From contig DAOWGI010000031.1 in NCBI GenBank assembly GCA_030637655.1, positions 3,706-67,705 of the forward strand: DNA of 64,000 nucleotides, read 5' to 3'. The position numbers and the translations under genes are program-made. Positions 1 to 10,064 of the stretch are shown here, piece after piece. Under the pieces are notes generated by a model, which saw only the letters and a list, made by a program, of their open reading frames with translations, was not told the DNA's origin and made no database searches. This DNA comes from a candidate division FCPU426 bacterium (GTDB lineage: Bacteria; Oederibacteriota; JAAXVQ01; JAUVAV01). Within the stretch, counting starts at the first letter, position 1. Every line of letters starts with the position of its first letter.

Positions 1-2
1 TG

Positions 3-3000
3 AGAGGTTTATTAGAAGCTATTAGCCGGGAATGGGCAAACAGCCGTTTGGTCTGGGATACCGGCCAGGTTAATGAAGCACAGGTTATAGTAGCAGCAAC
101 AGCATTCCACGCAGCTCAAGCCTTTGTTTTGGGATCAATAAAAGGGATAAGAGCATGGCGCTTAAATAGTTCACCGCGTGCCAAGGCCAGAGCAATAAAT
201 CGGCTTAACCAAAATCGGCCCGGATTTGAGAACACTATCAAAGCAAATGATGTGCGCAGCGTTGAAATAAGCAGAGTAGCCAAAATGTTTGCCGGCAATC
301 CCAGGAAAACCCTGAAATTTTTGCAAGAGTTGAAACTGTCGCCCGCTGAAAAAGTTAATCTACTGCAAAACCGGGATTTTTCCAACGCTATGATTAAATA
401 TAGTCAGGAAAAAGGAAGAGCCGCATTTTTGCAGAAAGAACTGGGCAAATATTTCGGCCAAGAGGGCCAGGTCAGCGAGGCCATCAATAAATTAACTGCC
501 AAAGCAGAAATAGTTATTCGCGAGGCTATTGCCAAAGATTTAGCAAAAAGCATGGGCATTAAAAGCCTTGAAAAAGCCAATGGAATTACCCGAGGAGCAA
601 TCAGGAATATAGCCAAAGAGATAGCCAGTGCCAGAAAAACCGCGTATGGGCGTAAAGTAACAGCAAGTGAAAAAACAGCAATAGTAAGAAAGATTGCCAA
701 TGAATACCGCCGGGCTGAGCAGAATAACATTTCCCGGGCCGAAGCCAAGTCCAGAGCTGAAGTTTTTTTGAATGTGGAGCTGGGGAAAAAGGCAGCAACC
801 GACAAAGCTCAAGGTGTGCTAAAAAGTGAGGCAAAAGCTGAAAAAGCAGGAGAAAAAACCGGAACAAAATTCAGCCGTCTGAAAGAAACACTTAAAAAAG
901 CGCCAAATGCTGTTAAATCCTGGATAGAAGCGCTGGTTAACGCGCGGGCAGAAGCCAAAAACCGTATTTGGACAGAGAAACTTCACAAAGCTGAGCAAGC
1001 TTTAGAAATAGCCAACGACAAAGCTGCCTGGGATAAATCCGCGCTTCGGGAGATAAAGGCAGCCCAAAAACAGGTGGACCGCTTGACAGCTAAGCTGTTA
1101 AAAGTAACCGGCGATTTCAAAACCATTAATAGCACGGAAATTAAAAACAAGCTTAAAGAACTATCGATTGAGGACAAAAAAATATTAACTAAAAGCTTGG
1201 CAAATATAAATAAGTATGGAAAAAAGCTGGCGAAAGGCAGAAATGGCGGAACATTAAGGAAATTATGGGCATCAAGATACGCCAAAAAACTGGCTGACGC
1301 GATTGCCGAACTCCAGAAGCACAAGTTAATGGATAAAATTATGGAATCCGTGGGACTGGAAGGACTTACGGATATGAGCGAGGCAATAATCAAAGTCAAT
1401 GGGAAAGAGACCACCAGGATAAAAAATTTGGGAGAGAGTATAGCGGAAGTATTGAAAATGGTTAGAAATGAACTGGGTTTTGCCAAGCCGTTGGCAGGCA
1501 ACCGGGCGGAAATAAGAGATGAAATAGTAAAAACAATTATATCAGAAGGAGCCAAAGCTAAAGCTTTAAAACAATCAGTCGAGAGGCTGTTAAAAAAGAT
1601 GGAAAATACCCATGGCCGGATTACTGAGAAGGTTTTAAGGAAAATGATCAAAGAATCTTTGCACCTGGATACTAATGCTTATGTGGACAGCATATTTAAA
1701 GCTGTAAAAGAGGGCGTGACGTTATCGTTAAAAGATGGCGCGAAGTTAGAGGCATTAGGATACCAGGCGGTGTCGGCAAAAGAGGCGTCTCTGACAAATA
1801 AATCAGGACTTCGTACCCGGGTGGATATTGCCATAAAGAATCTCAATGAAGCCAGGGGCCTGAAACTGAACACGCAGGGAAAGAGAATCATGGCGGATGT
1901 GATCCTGCGCTTTCAAAAAGATGCTAACTACCGGAATTTCACCCGTGATGCGGACGCGCAGGCCTTCCTGTTTCGCCAGGCAGAGCTTCATTATCTAAAC
2001 CTGGAACTCCACGGCAAAAACAGCGGCATTAAAAATCTTATAGGCACGGCTTTACAACTGGCCATGGGCGGCGGAAAATCAGGTTCCGGCTTGTCCATGG
2101 AGGTGGGACGCGAGCTTTTCATGGCTAAACATCCGGGAAAAGAAGTTCCAGCCATGCTTTACATGACCAAAGACGCCACCCTGGTAATGCAGATGCTGAA
2201 GGAAGGAGCATTTAAAACCTGGGACAAACAGGGCATACTGGAAGTGCTGAGCAAAGATAATGCCGCCAAGGTAATTAAAAACGGTTTTGAAAACAACAAA
2301 GTATATATTATGGAAAATGAAACTCTAAAGCACATTGTGCTGGAAATGCGCAGCGCCGGCAAAAACGATGCCTGGATAGCAAATAAACTTCAGAAAAAAT
2401 TGGGCACAGTGGCTTGGGACGAATTTCACGCTATATTCCATACCACAGATACCATTATCGGCGCTTCGGGTGTGTGGAATAAGTTAAGCGACGGCGTGAG
2501 AGAGCAAGCGACTGATATGCTGCTGGACCTTACCCGCAGCTATGCTGAGGTAAGAAAATGGTATAAAGCAGCTGAAAAAAGCGGGATGAAATTTAATGAT
2601 ATGTTTGTAAGTATTGAAAGCGGGGTTAATAAGGAAATCCGCGGCCAGTTCACATTTAACAAAAAGGCTCGCGCGAGCCTGCTTAAAGCGACTGGATTTG
2701 ATTACAATAGATCCGGCGATGCCTTTATACTGGATAAAATGGTCAAGGTATTGTCCAGCAAAAACAAACATCAGTGGAGCGGGACCTATGTGAAAGGCAA
2801 AGGCACATCCTACGGTACTATGGAAGGCGGGGTAGGCAAACCCAACACTATAAAAGGCGACACCTTCGAGGCGGCGCTTACACATATTGAGATATTTTTA
2901 GCGGCCATGGCCAAGAAGAAGGGTTTTAATATTAATAGAATGACCAATAAAGAATTCGCGACAAAACATGATGATTTCATCAAAACCGCGGGCGACGCGC

Positions 3001-6000
3001 TGGCGCATACTACGACGGAAAGAGTTACCATGGCCGAAGCAGTACAATTAATCGGCGCGCATAATATTGTGGCTTTTTCCGGTACGTTTGAGGGGCTGGC
3101 CCAACGTACGCTTCGTGCCTGGGGCAAAACAGTGCTCAAAATTAATGCCGAGCCCCAGGTTGCCTTGAAAGAGGTGGCAAAGGGTGAGGCGACATTCACA
3201 GTCAAAATCGATGACAAGATTATATCTATTAAACAGGGTAAAAACGGCAATTTGGAGCTGGTACTAAACCGGGAAAGCGCCCGTGTAAACCGGTTTATGC
3301 TTAAAGAGGCAATGAGTCATTTAGATTCAGGAAAAGACTATGGCGGCAAGCTTACCAATCAGGCATATACGCATAGTGACGGAACTGTACTGGTACACGC
3401 ATTAAAAATTGCGAGACAGAAATATTGGGGCAATAAATCAAAGATGGTGGTAATAAACACAAAAACAGTGGAAAGATACATTGAAAGACACAAAAGAGAC
3501 ATTATGAAAAAAATCAAGGCCCAAGGCACGGATATTAAGCTTGTAAAGACCAGGGATGGCATGTTGGATATGGCGGATATTGTAACCAGAAAAGCGGTGG
3601 AAAAGGCAGTAGATATGATGTTGGAAGTTCAAGCCGGCAAGAATGTTGTCCAGTTGGTCTATGTTGACGGAATGGCCCCGGACCTCTGGAGTGTGGCTAT
3701 GGACAAAGTAGGCAAAAAAATCCAGACTCCGGAAGCAAAAAAGGACGGTAAGGTCATTCCAGCAGGCTGGAAGCAAAAGCGCATGCTTTTCGCGGCCAGA
3801 ATCGGGGAGGGCTTAAACACCTATAAAATAACCGCAGCCAATAAGGGCATGCGCGCTGAAATTATAGATATGCGCATGTCGCCTTTGGATGTGGCACGGC
3901 AGGCCGCGAAACGCGTAGGAGTATTTGATAAGAAAACCGGTGAGTTTAGACGGGCGCAGGGAACATACCACAATATAATTGATTTGAATGATACGGCCAA
4001 TGTCAAGACATCCGAAAAACAGGAATTCAAGACGTTTATTAAGAAAGCTGAAGCGAAAATGAAAAGCAGGCGTGGTGATGCGCGTTATTTTGAAATCAAA
4101 AACAAGGATGCCAAGGGCATAGAGGGTGATCTGATCCGGGAATTTTGCGATCTCTTGGTTAGTGAAGGCGGCGCTACTACGGGCATTACCAGGCGCATAT
4201 TGAACGAGGTGGATGCGGCAAAATCCGCGGATGCTTATAAAACCCAGGCCGGGATTCAGACTGAAAAAACCACTAAGTTGTCAGTAAGCAAGACCTCGGA
4301 CAAGTACATGCCGGAACTGGCGAAAAAGATTGAGAAAAATCTGCCGTCTAAGCTGCGTGAATTCCAGGGCGTGACAGATTGCCTGGCGCGGCGTACCCGG
4401 AACCAGGCAGGGCAATCAAAACTTCTGCAAAACCCCGCATTCCATACCTATCATATGCGTACCAAAGGTCTCGTGAATTGGATTCCGGGAATAGGCAGTG
4501 TGGTCAGCCACATGCAGATGCAGACTGCGGCTTTGAAAAACTCGGCAGCCCAAATATCTTTGGTCAGTGCGTATGCCAAAACCTGGAAAGAATGGAATCA
4601 GTTCGAAAATATTGACACGAAACAAGCGGAAATACGTGATCAGATGTCGGAGTTAACCAAAGAAGACCCAAAATTAGCCGAGAGTCAGGAACAAATGGTT
4701 GAGATGCAGATGGCAAAAACTTTTGGTTCAACCTGGCAGTCAGATCAGAAACAGTATGAAAAAATGAAAGCTGAGTATGGACGGAACTGGTTCGAAAAAG
4801 CTATGGCAGATAAATTTGGAGCAGATTGGCGGGTCTATCAGCGTCTGGAATCATCACTGAACGCGTTGAATATACCCTTTATTGGAAAGATCGCCGGAGG
4901 ATTTATGGCGGAATTTGTGCTTGCGCGTCAGCCCTATTTGGTGAGGTCCCTGTATAACCAATCCCTGCAAAACATAGCCCGGGTGAATGCCAAAATTCCG
5001 GTCTTGCGGGCAGATGCCGGAAAAACCATCACCTATCAGAACCAAACCATGGACAAGAACCAGGCAGTGCAGTATGTCCAGCAAAATTTGGTCATGGCGC
5101 AGTCATTGGCCAACCGGTACGAGTTTAAGCAGACACCGCAAATGGCAGGTTTACAGGCGCAGCCAAAAACATACGGAAATAACTCGCAGATACTGCAACG
5201 CGTGGTGAAAGAGCAGTTGGATTCCAGCGGTTCCGCGGCCCAGCTGGGCCTCGCTGCCAAGCAGCAATGGCACAACCTGGTGCGCGGCATCCACCGCGTT
5301 CAGTTCTTCACCCCGTTCTTTAATGTGAAAAACGGAGTGCTGATACCTTCCACGCCAACCAAACTGCTTGTGGGCGCAGCGGTTGTAGGCGCTTTTAGCT
5401 TTACCAGTCTTTGTCCCTGGGCCATGATGCTGGCGTTCATGGGTATCACTATTATTTCGGGATTTAAGAAGGACTCGGCTAAAACGGGCGCTGAAAGCAG
5501 TAATAAAATGCTGGGCTTCATGAAAAAGATGTCTGGCGGGGGCCCGGCTGCTGTGCCCATGGCCATAGTCGGTTTGGTGTCAAGTTTATTTTTTGCCCCG
5601 GCCTGGGCCGCGCCCTATGTGGTTGGTTTGGCGCTAGGAAAACTTAACAGTGAAGTTATGAATTACATCACGAAAGTGCCGGAGCAAGACAGTGAAACGG
5701 TTATTGTCAATAAAGCGTCCAAAGATACCGTGCAAGCTGTAGCAGGCGGCGGGGTGTTTGCGGAGTTTAAAAAACGCATGAAAGGCCGTGATAAGAGCGA
5801 GGCGGTTCCAGAGTTGACAGAAATTTTAAAGGAAAGCGGTGTGAAATTGGTGGCCGGAGAAAAGATGAATCATTACGGTTTTGCGCTCACACTGGCCGCG
5901 CTCTTTGACTTGGTGCCAAACGCGCTTGAAAGCGTAAAGCGCATTGCAGTTGACGCTGAAGCTGATAAAGCGGATCAACAAAAAACCAGTGTTACGGTAG

Positions 6001-7349
6001 ATAGCAGCTCTGTGAAATTCTTGGGTCAACAATTCTCAGAAAGCGTGCTTAACCAATTAATAATGGCCGCAACAACTAAGCTGTTTGGCGGCGGCACGGA
6101 AGAAACCTTAGATACCCTGACCAACTCCTATATCGTGAAATTAAAACAGCATCCGCGATTCAAGGGATTCGGCAACAACGCTTTTCAGGAATTTCTGAAA
6201 CAATACATAATGGACGGCGAAAATTTAAAAATTCTTTGCACCTCAGATATGAAATTAACAACGTTATATGAGAAAGTGAAAAGTAAAATGGGCCGCGAGT
6301 TTACAGAAAAGGATATGAGTAACCTGGCCGAAGCTTCCGTCGAATTGGAAACTGAGGCTTTTACTCTGATGAAGCAAAAAGCCGCTGAGATCAAAACAGC
6401 AGCAGCAGAAAATCAGCCGGGTATGGTGGTGGAGTTCAATACTATATTTGGTATGTCCTATGCCGCCTATCAAAAGATGATGAAGCCCTCCTGGTCACAG
6501 GAGATATTTACCAAAATTGTGGGCAAAGAACGTTTGCACAGCGAGCAAACGCCGCTTATCTTTATCCGCAGCAAATCCCAGCAGATGATCGGCTGGGGCG
6601 CGGTATCTTTGGCCGCCGGCGCGGCACTCATCCTGGGCGTAGGCACTGTTGCACCCATAATTCTAGGTATTGGCGCGGCTGTGTTCGGCGCGGCCCTGGC
6701 TTTGGAAGGCACAGCAACCTGGTTCCAGGCCAAAAAGATGGCCTTCCGTATCAATCCCACGGACACGGTGCAGGAGCAATTGGATAATGTTGTATTTGCT
6801 TCGCGCGATGTGAAGGTAGAAAGCCAGGCCAAGATGATCACTGGTAAAGAACTCAGAGCTGTAGAGGCGCTTAAGCAAAGCAAGGAATTCACCAAGGAGT
6901 ATGGCGTGCCGCCGCAAACCTATCAAGACATTTCAATCAATGCCTTGCTGAACAATGCCGGCTTTAAAAAGGCCATTGCCAATTTAAAGATCGCGGGAAC
7001 AGAACAGATAGTGTCCGAGGAAAGTCAGAACAGCGCCATCCGTCTGGCTTTGCTGCACCTTCTGCAGGCAGTGGAATCCGATGCCAAGTACAAGACCAAG
7101 ATAGCCATTGCCGGGGATATCACAAAAATCTTGGGCTTCCTGGGATTCAACATTAACATGACTTACAAGGAATACGCGGACGCGCTCTCCATTACCTTGA
7201 CACCTGAGGCAGTACCACGTACCTTGCTTGAGTATAAAAACCTCGGTCGAATTATCGAAAGTCTGGAAGGTTTTGGTGTGGGTATTAAGCTGGATATGGC
7301 GCCGCAAACACCCCAGCGGAAATTGAAGGCCGTAGGAGCGGCAGCGTAA
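3..7349 (+). CDS. Giant membrane-associated protein, 5'-truncated, with SecA/SF2 helicase-like ATPase domain and family C-terminal domain
   Basis: Frame is open from position 3 (no stop before the TTG at 48), so the true start is upstream of the window. Ordered SF2-like motifs: LAMGGGKS (~2058), WDEFH (~2415), FSGT (~3075), IGEGLN (~3801), RQAAKRVG (~3898). Hydrophobic hairpins in the C-terminal third; ends RKLKAVGAAA. Confidence 0.8.
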   Translation, partial: RGLLEAISREWANSRLVWDTGQVNEAQVIVAATAFHAAQAFVLGSIKGIRAWRLNSSPRAKARAINRLNQNRPGFENTIKANDVRSVEISRVAKMFAGNPRKTLKFLQELKLSPAEKVNLLQNRDFSNAMIKYSQEKGRAAFLQKELGKYFGQEGQVSEAINKLTAKAEIVIREAIAKDLAKSMGIKSLEKANGITRGAIRNIAKEIASARKTAYGRKVTASEKTAIVRKIANEYRRAEQNNISRAEAKSRAEVFLNVELGKKAATDKAQGVLKSEAKAEKAGEKTGTKFSRLKETLKKAPNAVKSWIEALVNARAEAKNRIWTEKLHKAEQALEIANDKAAWDKSALREIKAAQKQVDRLTAKLLKVTGDFKTINSTEIKNKLKELSIEDKKILTKSLANINKYGKKLAKGRNGGTLRKLWASRYAKKLADAIAELQKHKLMDKIMESVGLEGLTDMSEAIIKVNGKETTRIKNLGESIAEVLKMVRNELGFAKPLAGNRAEIRDEIVKTIISEGAKAKALKQSVERLLKKMENTHGRITEKVLRKMIKESLHLDTNAYVDSIFKAVKEGVTLSLKDGAKLEALGYQAVSAKEASLTNKSGLRTRVDIAIKNLNEARGLKLNTQGKRIMADVILRFQKDANYRNFTRDADAQAFLFRQAELHYLNLELHGKNSGIKNLIGTALQLAMGGGKSGSGLSMEVGRELFMAKHPGKEVPAMLYMTKDATLVMQMLKEGAFKTWDKQGILEVLSKDNAAKVIKNGFENNKVYIMENETLKHIVLEMRSAGKNDAWIANKLQKKLGTVAWDEFHAIFHTTDTIIGASGVWNKLSDGVREQATDMLLDLTRSYAEVRKWYKAAEKSGMKFNDMFVSIESGVNKEIRGQFTFNKKARASLLKATGFDYNRSGDAFILDKMVKVLSSKNKHQWSGTYVKGKGTSYGTMEGGVGKPNTIKGDTFEAALTHIEIFLAAMAKKKGFNINRMTNKEFATKHDDFIKTAGDALAHTTTERVTMAEAVQLIGAHNIVAFSGTFEGLAQRTLRAWGKTVLKINAEPQVALKEVAKGEATFTVKIDDKIISIKQGKNGNLELVLNRESARVNRFMLKEAMSHLDSGKDYGGKLTNQAYTHSDGTVLVHALKIARQKYWGNKSKMVVINTKTVERYIERHKRDIMKKIKAQGTDIKLVKTRDGMLDMADIVTRKAVEKAVDMMLEVQAGKNVVQLVYVDGMAPDLWSVAMDKVGKKIQTPEAKKDGKVIPAGWKQKRMLFAARIGEGLNTYKITAANKGMRAEIIDMRMSPLDVARQAAKRVGVFDKKTGEFRRAQGTYHNIIDLNDTANVKTSEKQEFKTFIKKAEAKMKSRRGDARYFEIKNKDAKGIEGDLIREFCDLLVSEGGATTGITRRILNEVDAAKSADAYKTQAGIQTEKTTKLSVSKTSDKYMPELAKKIEKNLPSKLREFQGVTDCLARRTRNQAGQSKLLQNPAFHTYHMRTKGLVNWIPGIGSVVSHMQMQTAALKNSAAQISLVSAYAKTWKEWNQFENIDTKQAEIRDQMSELTKEDPKLAESQEQMVEMQMAKTFGSTWQSDQKQYEKMKAEYGRNWFEKAMADKFGADWRVYQRLESSLNALNIPFIGKIAGGFMAEFVLARQPYLVRSLYNQSLQNIARVNAKIPVLRADAGKTITYQNQTMDKNQAVQYVQQNLVMAQSLANRYEFKQTPQMAGLQAQPKTYGNNSQILQRVVKEQLDSSGSAAQLGLAAKQQWHNLVRGIHRVQFFTPFFNVKNGVLIPSTPTKLLVGAAVVGAFSFTSLCPWAMMLAFMGITIISGFKKDSAKTGAESSNKMLGFMKKMSGGGPAAVPMAIVGLVSSLFFAPAWAAPYVVGLALGKLNSEVMNYITKVPEQDSETVIVNKASKDTVQAVAGGGVFAEFKKRMKGRDKSEAVPELTEILKESGVKLVAGEKMNHYGFALTLAALFDLVPNALESVKRIAVDAEADKADQQKTSVTVDSSSVKFLGQQFSESVLNQLIMAATTKLFGGGTEETLDTLTNSYIVKLKQHPRFKGFGNNAFQEFLKQYIMDGENLKILCTSDMKLTTLYEKVKSKMGREFTEKDMSNLAEASVELETEAFTLMKQKAAEIKTAAAENQPGMVVEFNTIFGMSYAAYQKMMKPSWSQEIFTKIVGKERLHSEQTPLIFIRSKSQQMIGWGAVSLAAGAALILGVGTVAPIILGIGAAVFGAALALEGTATWFQAKKMAFRINPTDTVQEQLDNVVFASRDVKVESQAKMITGKELRAVEALKQSKEFTKEYGVPPQTYQDISINALLNNAGFKKAIANLKIAGTEQIVSEESQNSAIRLALLHLLQAVESDAKYKTKIAIAGDITKILGFLGFNINMTYKEYADALSITLTPEAVPRTLLEYKNLGRIIESLEGFGVGIKLDMAPQTPQRKLKAVGAAA

Positions 7350-7381
7350 AAATTCGTTTTGGTCGTTGTGATTTTGATTTC

Positions 7382-7409
7382 GTAGGGGCACGGCATGCCG
7401 TGCCCCTAC
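7382..7409. repeat. GTAG-type REP palindrome
   Basis: Perfect palindrome gtaggggcacggcatgccgtgcccctac just downstream of the giant gene. Confidence 0.85.
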
Positions 7410-7542
7410 TGTTATTCAATACGCGCCCCCCTTAACAAACGTAAAATAATACGCAAGGATTTTGTTGTTTTCCAGTCTCAATTTGTGAGGAATTGGCAGT
7501 TGACAGAACCTGCCAAATATCACAAAATCAGGAGGCGCGAAA

Positions 7543-7812
7543 ATGACAGAAGAAGGAAAAATTACCATGAGCGAGTTTAAAACAGTTGTTGAAAGATTTG
7601 AGGACAATCAGAAGAAAATTATTGAAGTAATGAACCATCGCTTTGACAAAGTAGAGACGGATATGCACGCGATAAAAGAAGATGTTTCTTCGCTTAAAGA
7701 GGAAGTGGCCTTATTGCATGAGGGTCAAACCGCGATTCGTGCTGATCTGCGCCGGAAAGTCTCGTATGATGATTTTGAGATGCTGGAAAAACGGGTGGCG
7801 CGTATTGAATAA
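7543..7812 (+). CDS. Small coiled-coil hypothetical protein
   Basis: aggagg RBS before the ATG; heptad pattern (RFDKVETDMHAIKEDVSSLKEEV); ttgaca at 7500 upstream. Confidence 0.75.
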   Translation: MTEEGKITMSEFKTVVERFEDNQKKIIEVMNHRFDKVETDMHAIKEDVSSLKEEVALLHEGQTAIRADLRRKVSYDDFEMLEKRVARIE

Positions 7813-7813
7813 C

Positions 7814-7890
7814 GTAGGGGCGCGATTTATCGCGCCCAAAAATATGGGTGTGGAAACCGGAATGATGGGCGTGATAAATCACGCCCCTAC
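7814..7890. repeat. Inverted REP doublet (REPIN/BIME-like) between convergent genes
   Basis: gtaggggcgcgatttatcgcgccc ... gggcgtgataaatcacgcccctac; the lnt stop codon lies inside the second unit. Confidence 0.85.
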
Positions 7891-9551
7891 GATTTCTTTG
7901 GCTGATAAAAGGCCGCGGCCAACAGTCCGGAGAAGAGCAAGAGAAAGAAGAAGGGAATGATATTTCCAAAGCGGGTAAAGAAGGTGCGGAAAACGGCCGG
8001 GTAAATGGTTACGTGTTTAACACCCGCGATATAATATTCCAGGTGTTCTCCGATATTGCCCCAGGGATCTATCACGCAGGTCGGTCCGGTCATGTCCGCT
8101 TTAGCCACATAGGCGCGATGCTCCACAGCCAGGAAAACCGACATGGCTGAATGCTGATAACTCATGGCCGACTTGCCGGACCAACTGTTGTTGGCCATGC
8201 AGAGAAAGAAATCAGCTCCAGCCCGGGCCAAGTGAAACCCCAGTTCCTCAAAGAGATCTTCATAGCAGATCAAGGCGGCAAACGTGGATTTTCCGAGCTT
8301 AAATACAGAATAATCATCACCCGGCTCAAAATCAATGGGAATGGGTTCTTGTACCACGGTTTGCAAATGCTTTTTTAAAATTGTATAAGGTATGTATTCA
8401 CCAAAAGGAACCAAATGGATCTTGCGGTAGCGTCCGATGGTTTCTCCCAGCGAATCAAAATAAAAGGCGCTGTTGTAATGATGCCAGGTATGTTTGGCTT
8501 CCAGATTTTTTTCGCGCTGATATTCATTACTGGTCAGCAAGGTTGGTGTTTTGCCCTGTATGATCAGCGCGCGCAATTGATCTTCCCATTGCTGATAGCC
8601 GGGATGTTCGAGGATGCCCGGAAAGCAGGATTCCGCCCAGACAATTAAATCCGGCCGGCCTTGTGCTGCTTGCGCGTGCAAGGCGCTCATTTTTTTCATA
8701 GCCGCGTCGCGATACTTGCGATTCCATTTCTGGCGGGTATTGATATTGCCCTGTACCAGAGCCAGTTTTACTTCTGTGGTTTTAGTTTTGGCAAACTGTA
8801 TGGTTTCAGTAACACAAATGCCGCCCAGGATCAGCCACAAGAGAAGCATGCCAATACTGAGACCGGTTGCGAAAGGTTTTTCTTGAAACCATTGGGGAAA
8901 GGAAGGCCGACGAGGCAGAAAATAGCCTAAGGACCAGGTCTGGTCTTTGGGCTTGTGCAGTATTTTTTCCAGACCATTGGTAATCCAGATGTTTACCAGC
9001 AGCACTAAAAAAGAGATGCCGCCCACACCCACAACTGATGCCATCTGCCGGAGTACCACATTGCCATACTGTGTGTGTCCCAGGCTGCCCCAGGGCCAAC
9101 CGCCGGTCAGAATATGACCGCGCAGATATTCCCAGGCCACCCAGGCCAAAGGCAGTACCAGGGAGTCCGGTAGTTTCAGCCGGTTTTTGGTTAATCGGGC
9201 AGTCAGGCCAAAGAGAGCAAAATAAATACCACCGCATACGGCAAAGAAGATCCAGGCAAAAGCATTGTCAATATTGGTATTCCGGCCAATTAAACGGATC
9301 CAGGCCAGGATTCCGATAAAATAGAAAAAGCCCATGAGAAAGGAATAAACACCAGTGCCGACCCAGGTAGTTCTTCGCCATAGGTAGATGAAGGGAACAA
9401 AAGCAATAAGCGCGATCCAGGTGTGCCAGACGGAATGCCCGGTGAAAATCAGATTGGGAAAAGAGAACGCTTGTAAAAATCCAGCCAGGACTGCAAGTAG
9501 TACGCCATAACGGATTTGCAAGGGTTGCCATTGAGTGGTTGTGTCGGACAT
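7887..9551 (-). CDS. lnt: Apolipoprotein N-acyltransferase
   Basis: Multi-TM N-terminus with WEYLRG...GWPWGSLGHTQ; nitrilase-fold motifs VQGNI, WAES, YRKIHLVPFGEYIP, ICYED. ATG at 9551 with ggag upstream is preferred over TTG at 9563. Confidence 0.95.
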   Translation of the reverse strand: MSDTTTQWQPLQIRYGVLLAVLAGFLQAFSFPNLIFTGHSVWHTWIALIAFVPFIYLWRRTTWVGTGVYSFLMGFFYFIGILAWIRLIGRNTNIDNAFAWIFFAVCGGIYFALFGLTARLTKNRLKLPDSLVLPLAWVAWEYLRGHILTGGWPWGSLGHTQYGNVVLRQMASVVGVGGISFLVLLVNIWITNGLEKILHKPKDQTWSLGYFLPRRPSFPQWFQEKPFATGLSIGMLLLWLILGGICVTETIQFAKTKTTEVKLALVQGNINTRQKWNRKYRDAAMKKMSALHAQAAQGRPDLIVWAESCFPGILEHPGYQQWEDQLRALIIQGKTPTLLTSNEYQREKNLEAKHTWHHYNSAFYFDSLGETIGRYRKIHLVPFGEYIPYTILKKHLQTVVQEPIPIDFEPGDDYSVFKLGKSTFAALICYEDLFEELGFHLARAGADFFLCMANNSWSGKSAMSYQHSAMSVFLAVEHRAYVAKADMTGPTCVIDPWGNIGEHLEYYIAGVKHVTIYPAVFRTFFTRFGNIIPFFFLLLFSGLLAAAFYQPKKS

Positions 9552-9583
9552 ACGTGACTCCAAACAATTTTCATTAAGTATAG

Positions 9584-9795
9584 GTAACTGCTCAGGTGGG
9601 TAAAAAAAGTATTCAAATATTCACGCCTGGCAGGTCACTTTGGTCTTTTTCAAGCATTGCAAAGCGGAAAACCAAGGTCCAGGCTGGTAACGGGCAATAG
9701 GGGCATATGCTTTTCTAAACCACATCTCCGCAGTTACCGCTGCCACGCTTGAAAAAGACCAAAGCGCCCTGCTCCTTGCAGACTTGAGTAGTTAT
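9584..9795. mobile_element. MITE-like element with 12-bp imperfect TIRs and 8-bp target-site duplication
   Basis: Ends gtaactgctcag (9584-9595) and ttgagtagttat (9784-9795), flanked by direct repeat aagtatag at 9576-9583 and 9796-9803; internal 18-bp perfect IR at 9638-9655/9747-9764. Confidence 0.75.
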
Positions 9796-9828
9796 AAGTA
9801 TAGCATAAAAAAAATAAAAAAACGAAAT

Positions 9829-10031
9829 GTAGGGGCACCCTTTACGGGTGCCCGGTATCATTGCTTGAATCCAGGCATAAACCACAGTAGAATATATAAA
9901 GGCACAATAATTGGCGCCAATATACCAAAGGAATCCCCGACCTAAGTCCGGGATTACCGCATTCCCTCTACCTTTTAGGGAGAGGAATAAAGGGTGAGGG
10001 TTACCTGAATATTCCGCACTTCAGTGCGGGG
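9829..10031. repeat. Cluster of short palindromes (GTAG-REP and others)
   Basis: gtaggggcaccctttacgggtgccc (9829); aatccccgacctaagtccgggatt; ccctctaccttttagggagagg...gggtgaggg; ccgcacttcagtgcgg. Confidence 0.65.
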
Positions 10032-10064
10032 ATGATTTATTAAATGGAGAAAGGAAACTGACCT

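Noticed and set aside
48-50. TTG at 48 as the start of the first giant gene
   Set aside because: The frame is open to the window edge and no RBS or signal peptide is present; the gene begins upstream.
7320-7349. C-terminal ...AA ends as integrated tmRNA tag fragments
   Set aside because: No ANDENY-like tag sequence or tmRNA structure; only the terminal small residues match.
116-7396. Many antisense and alternate-frame ORFs inside the giant genes (and inside clpB, coaBC, alaS)
   Set aside because: Shadow ORFs of long coding frames, without RBS or recognisable motifs.
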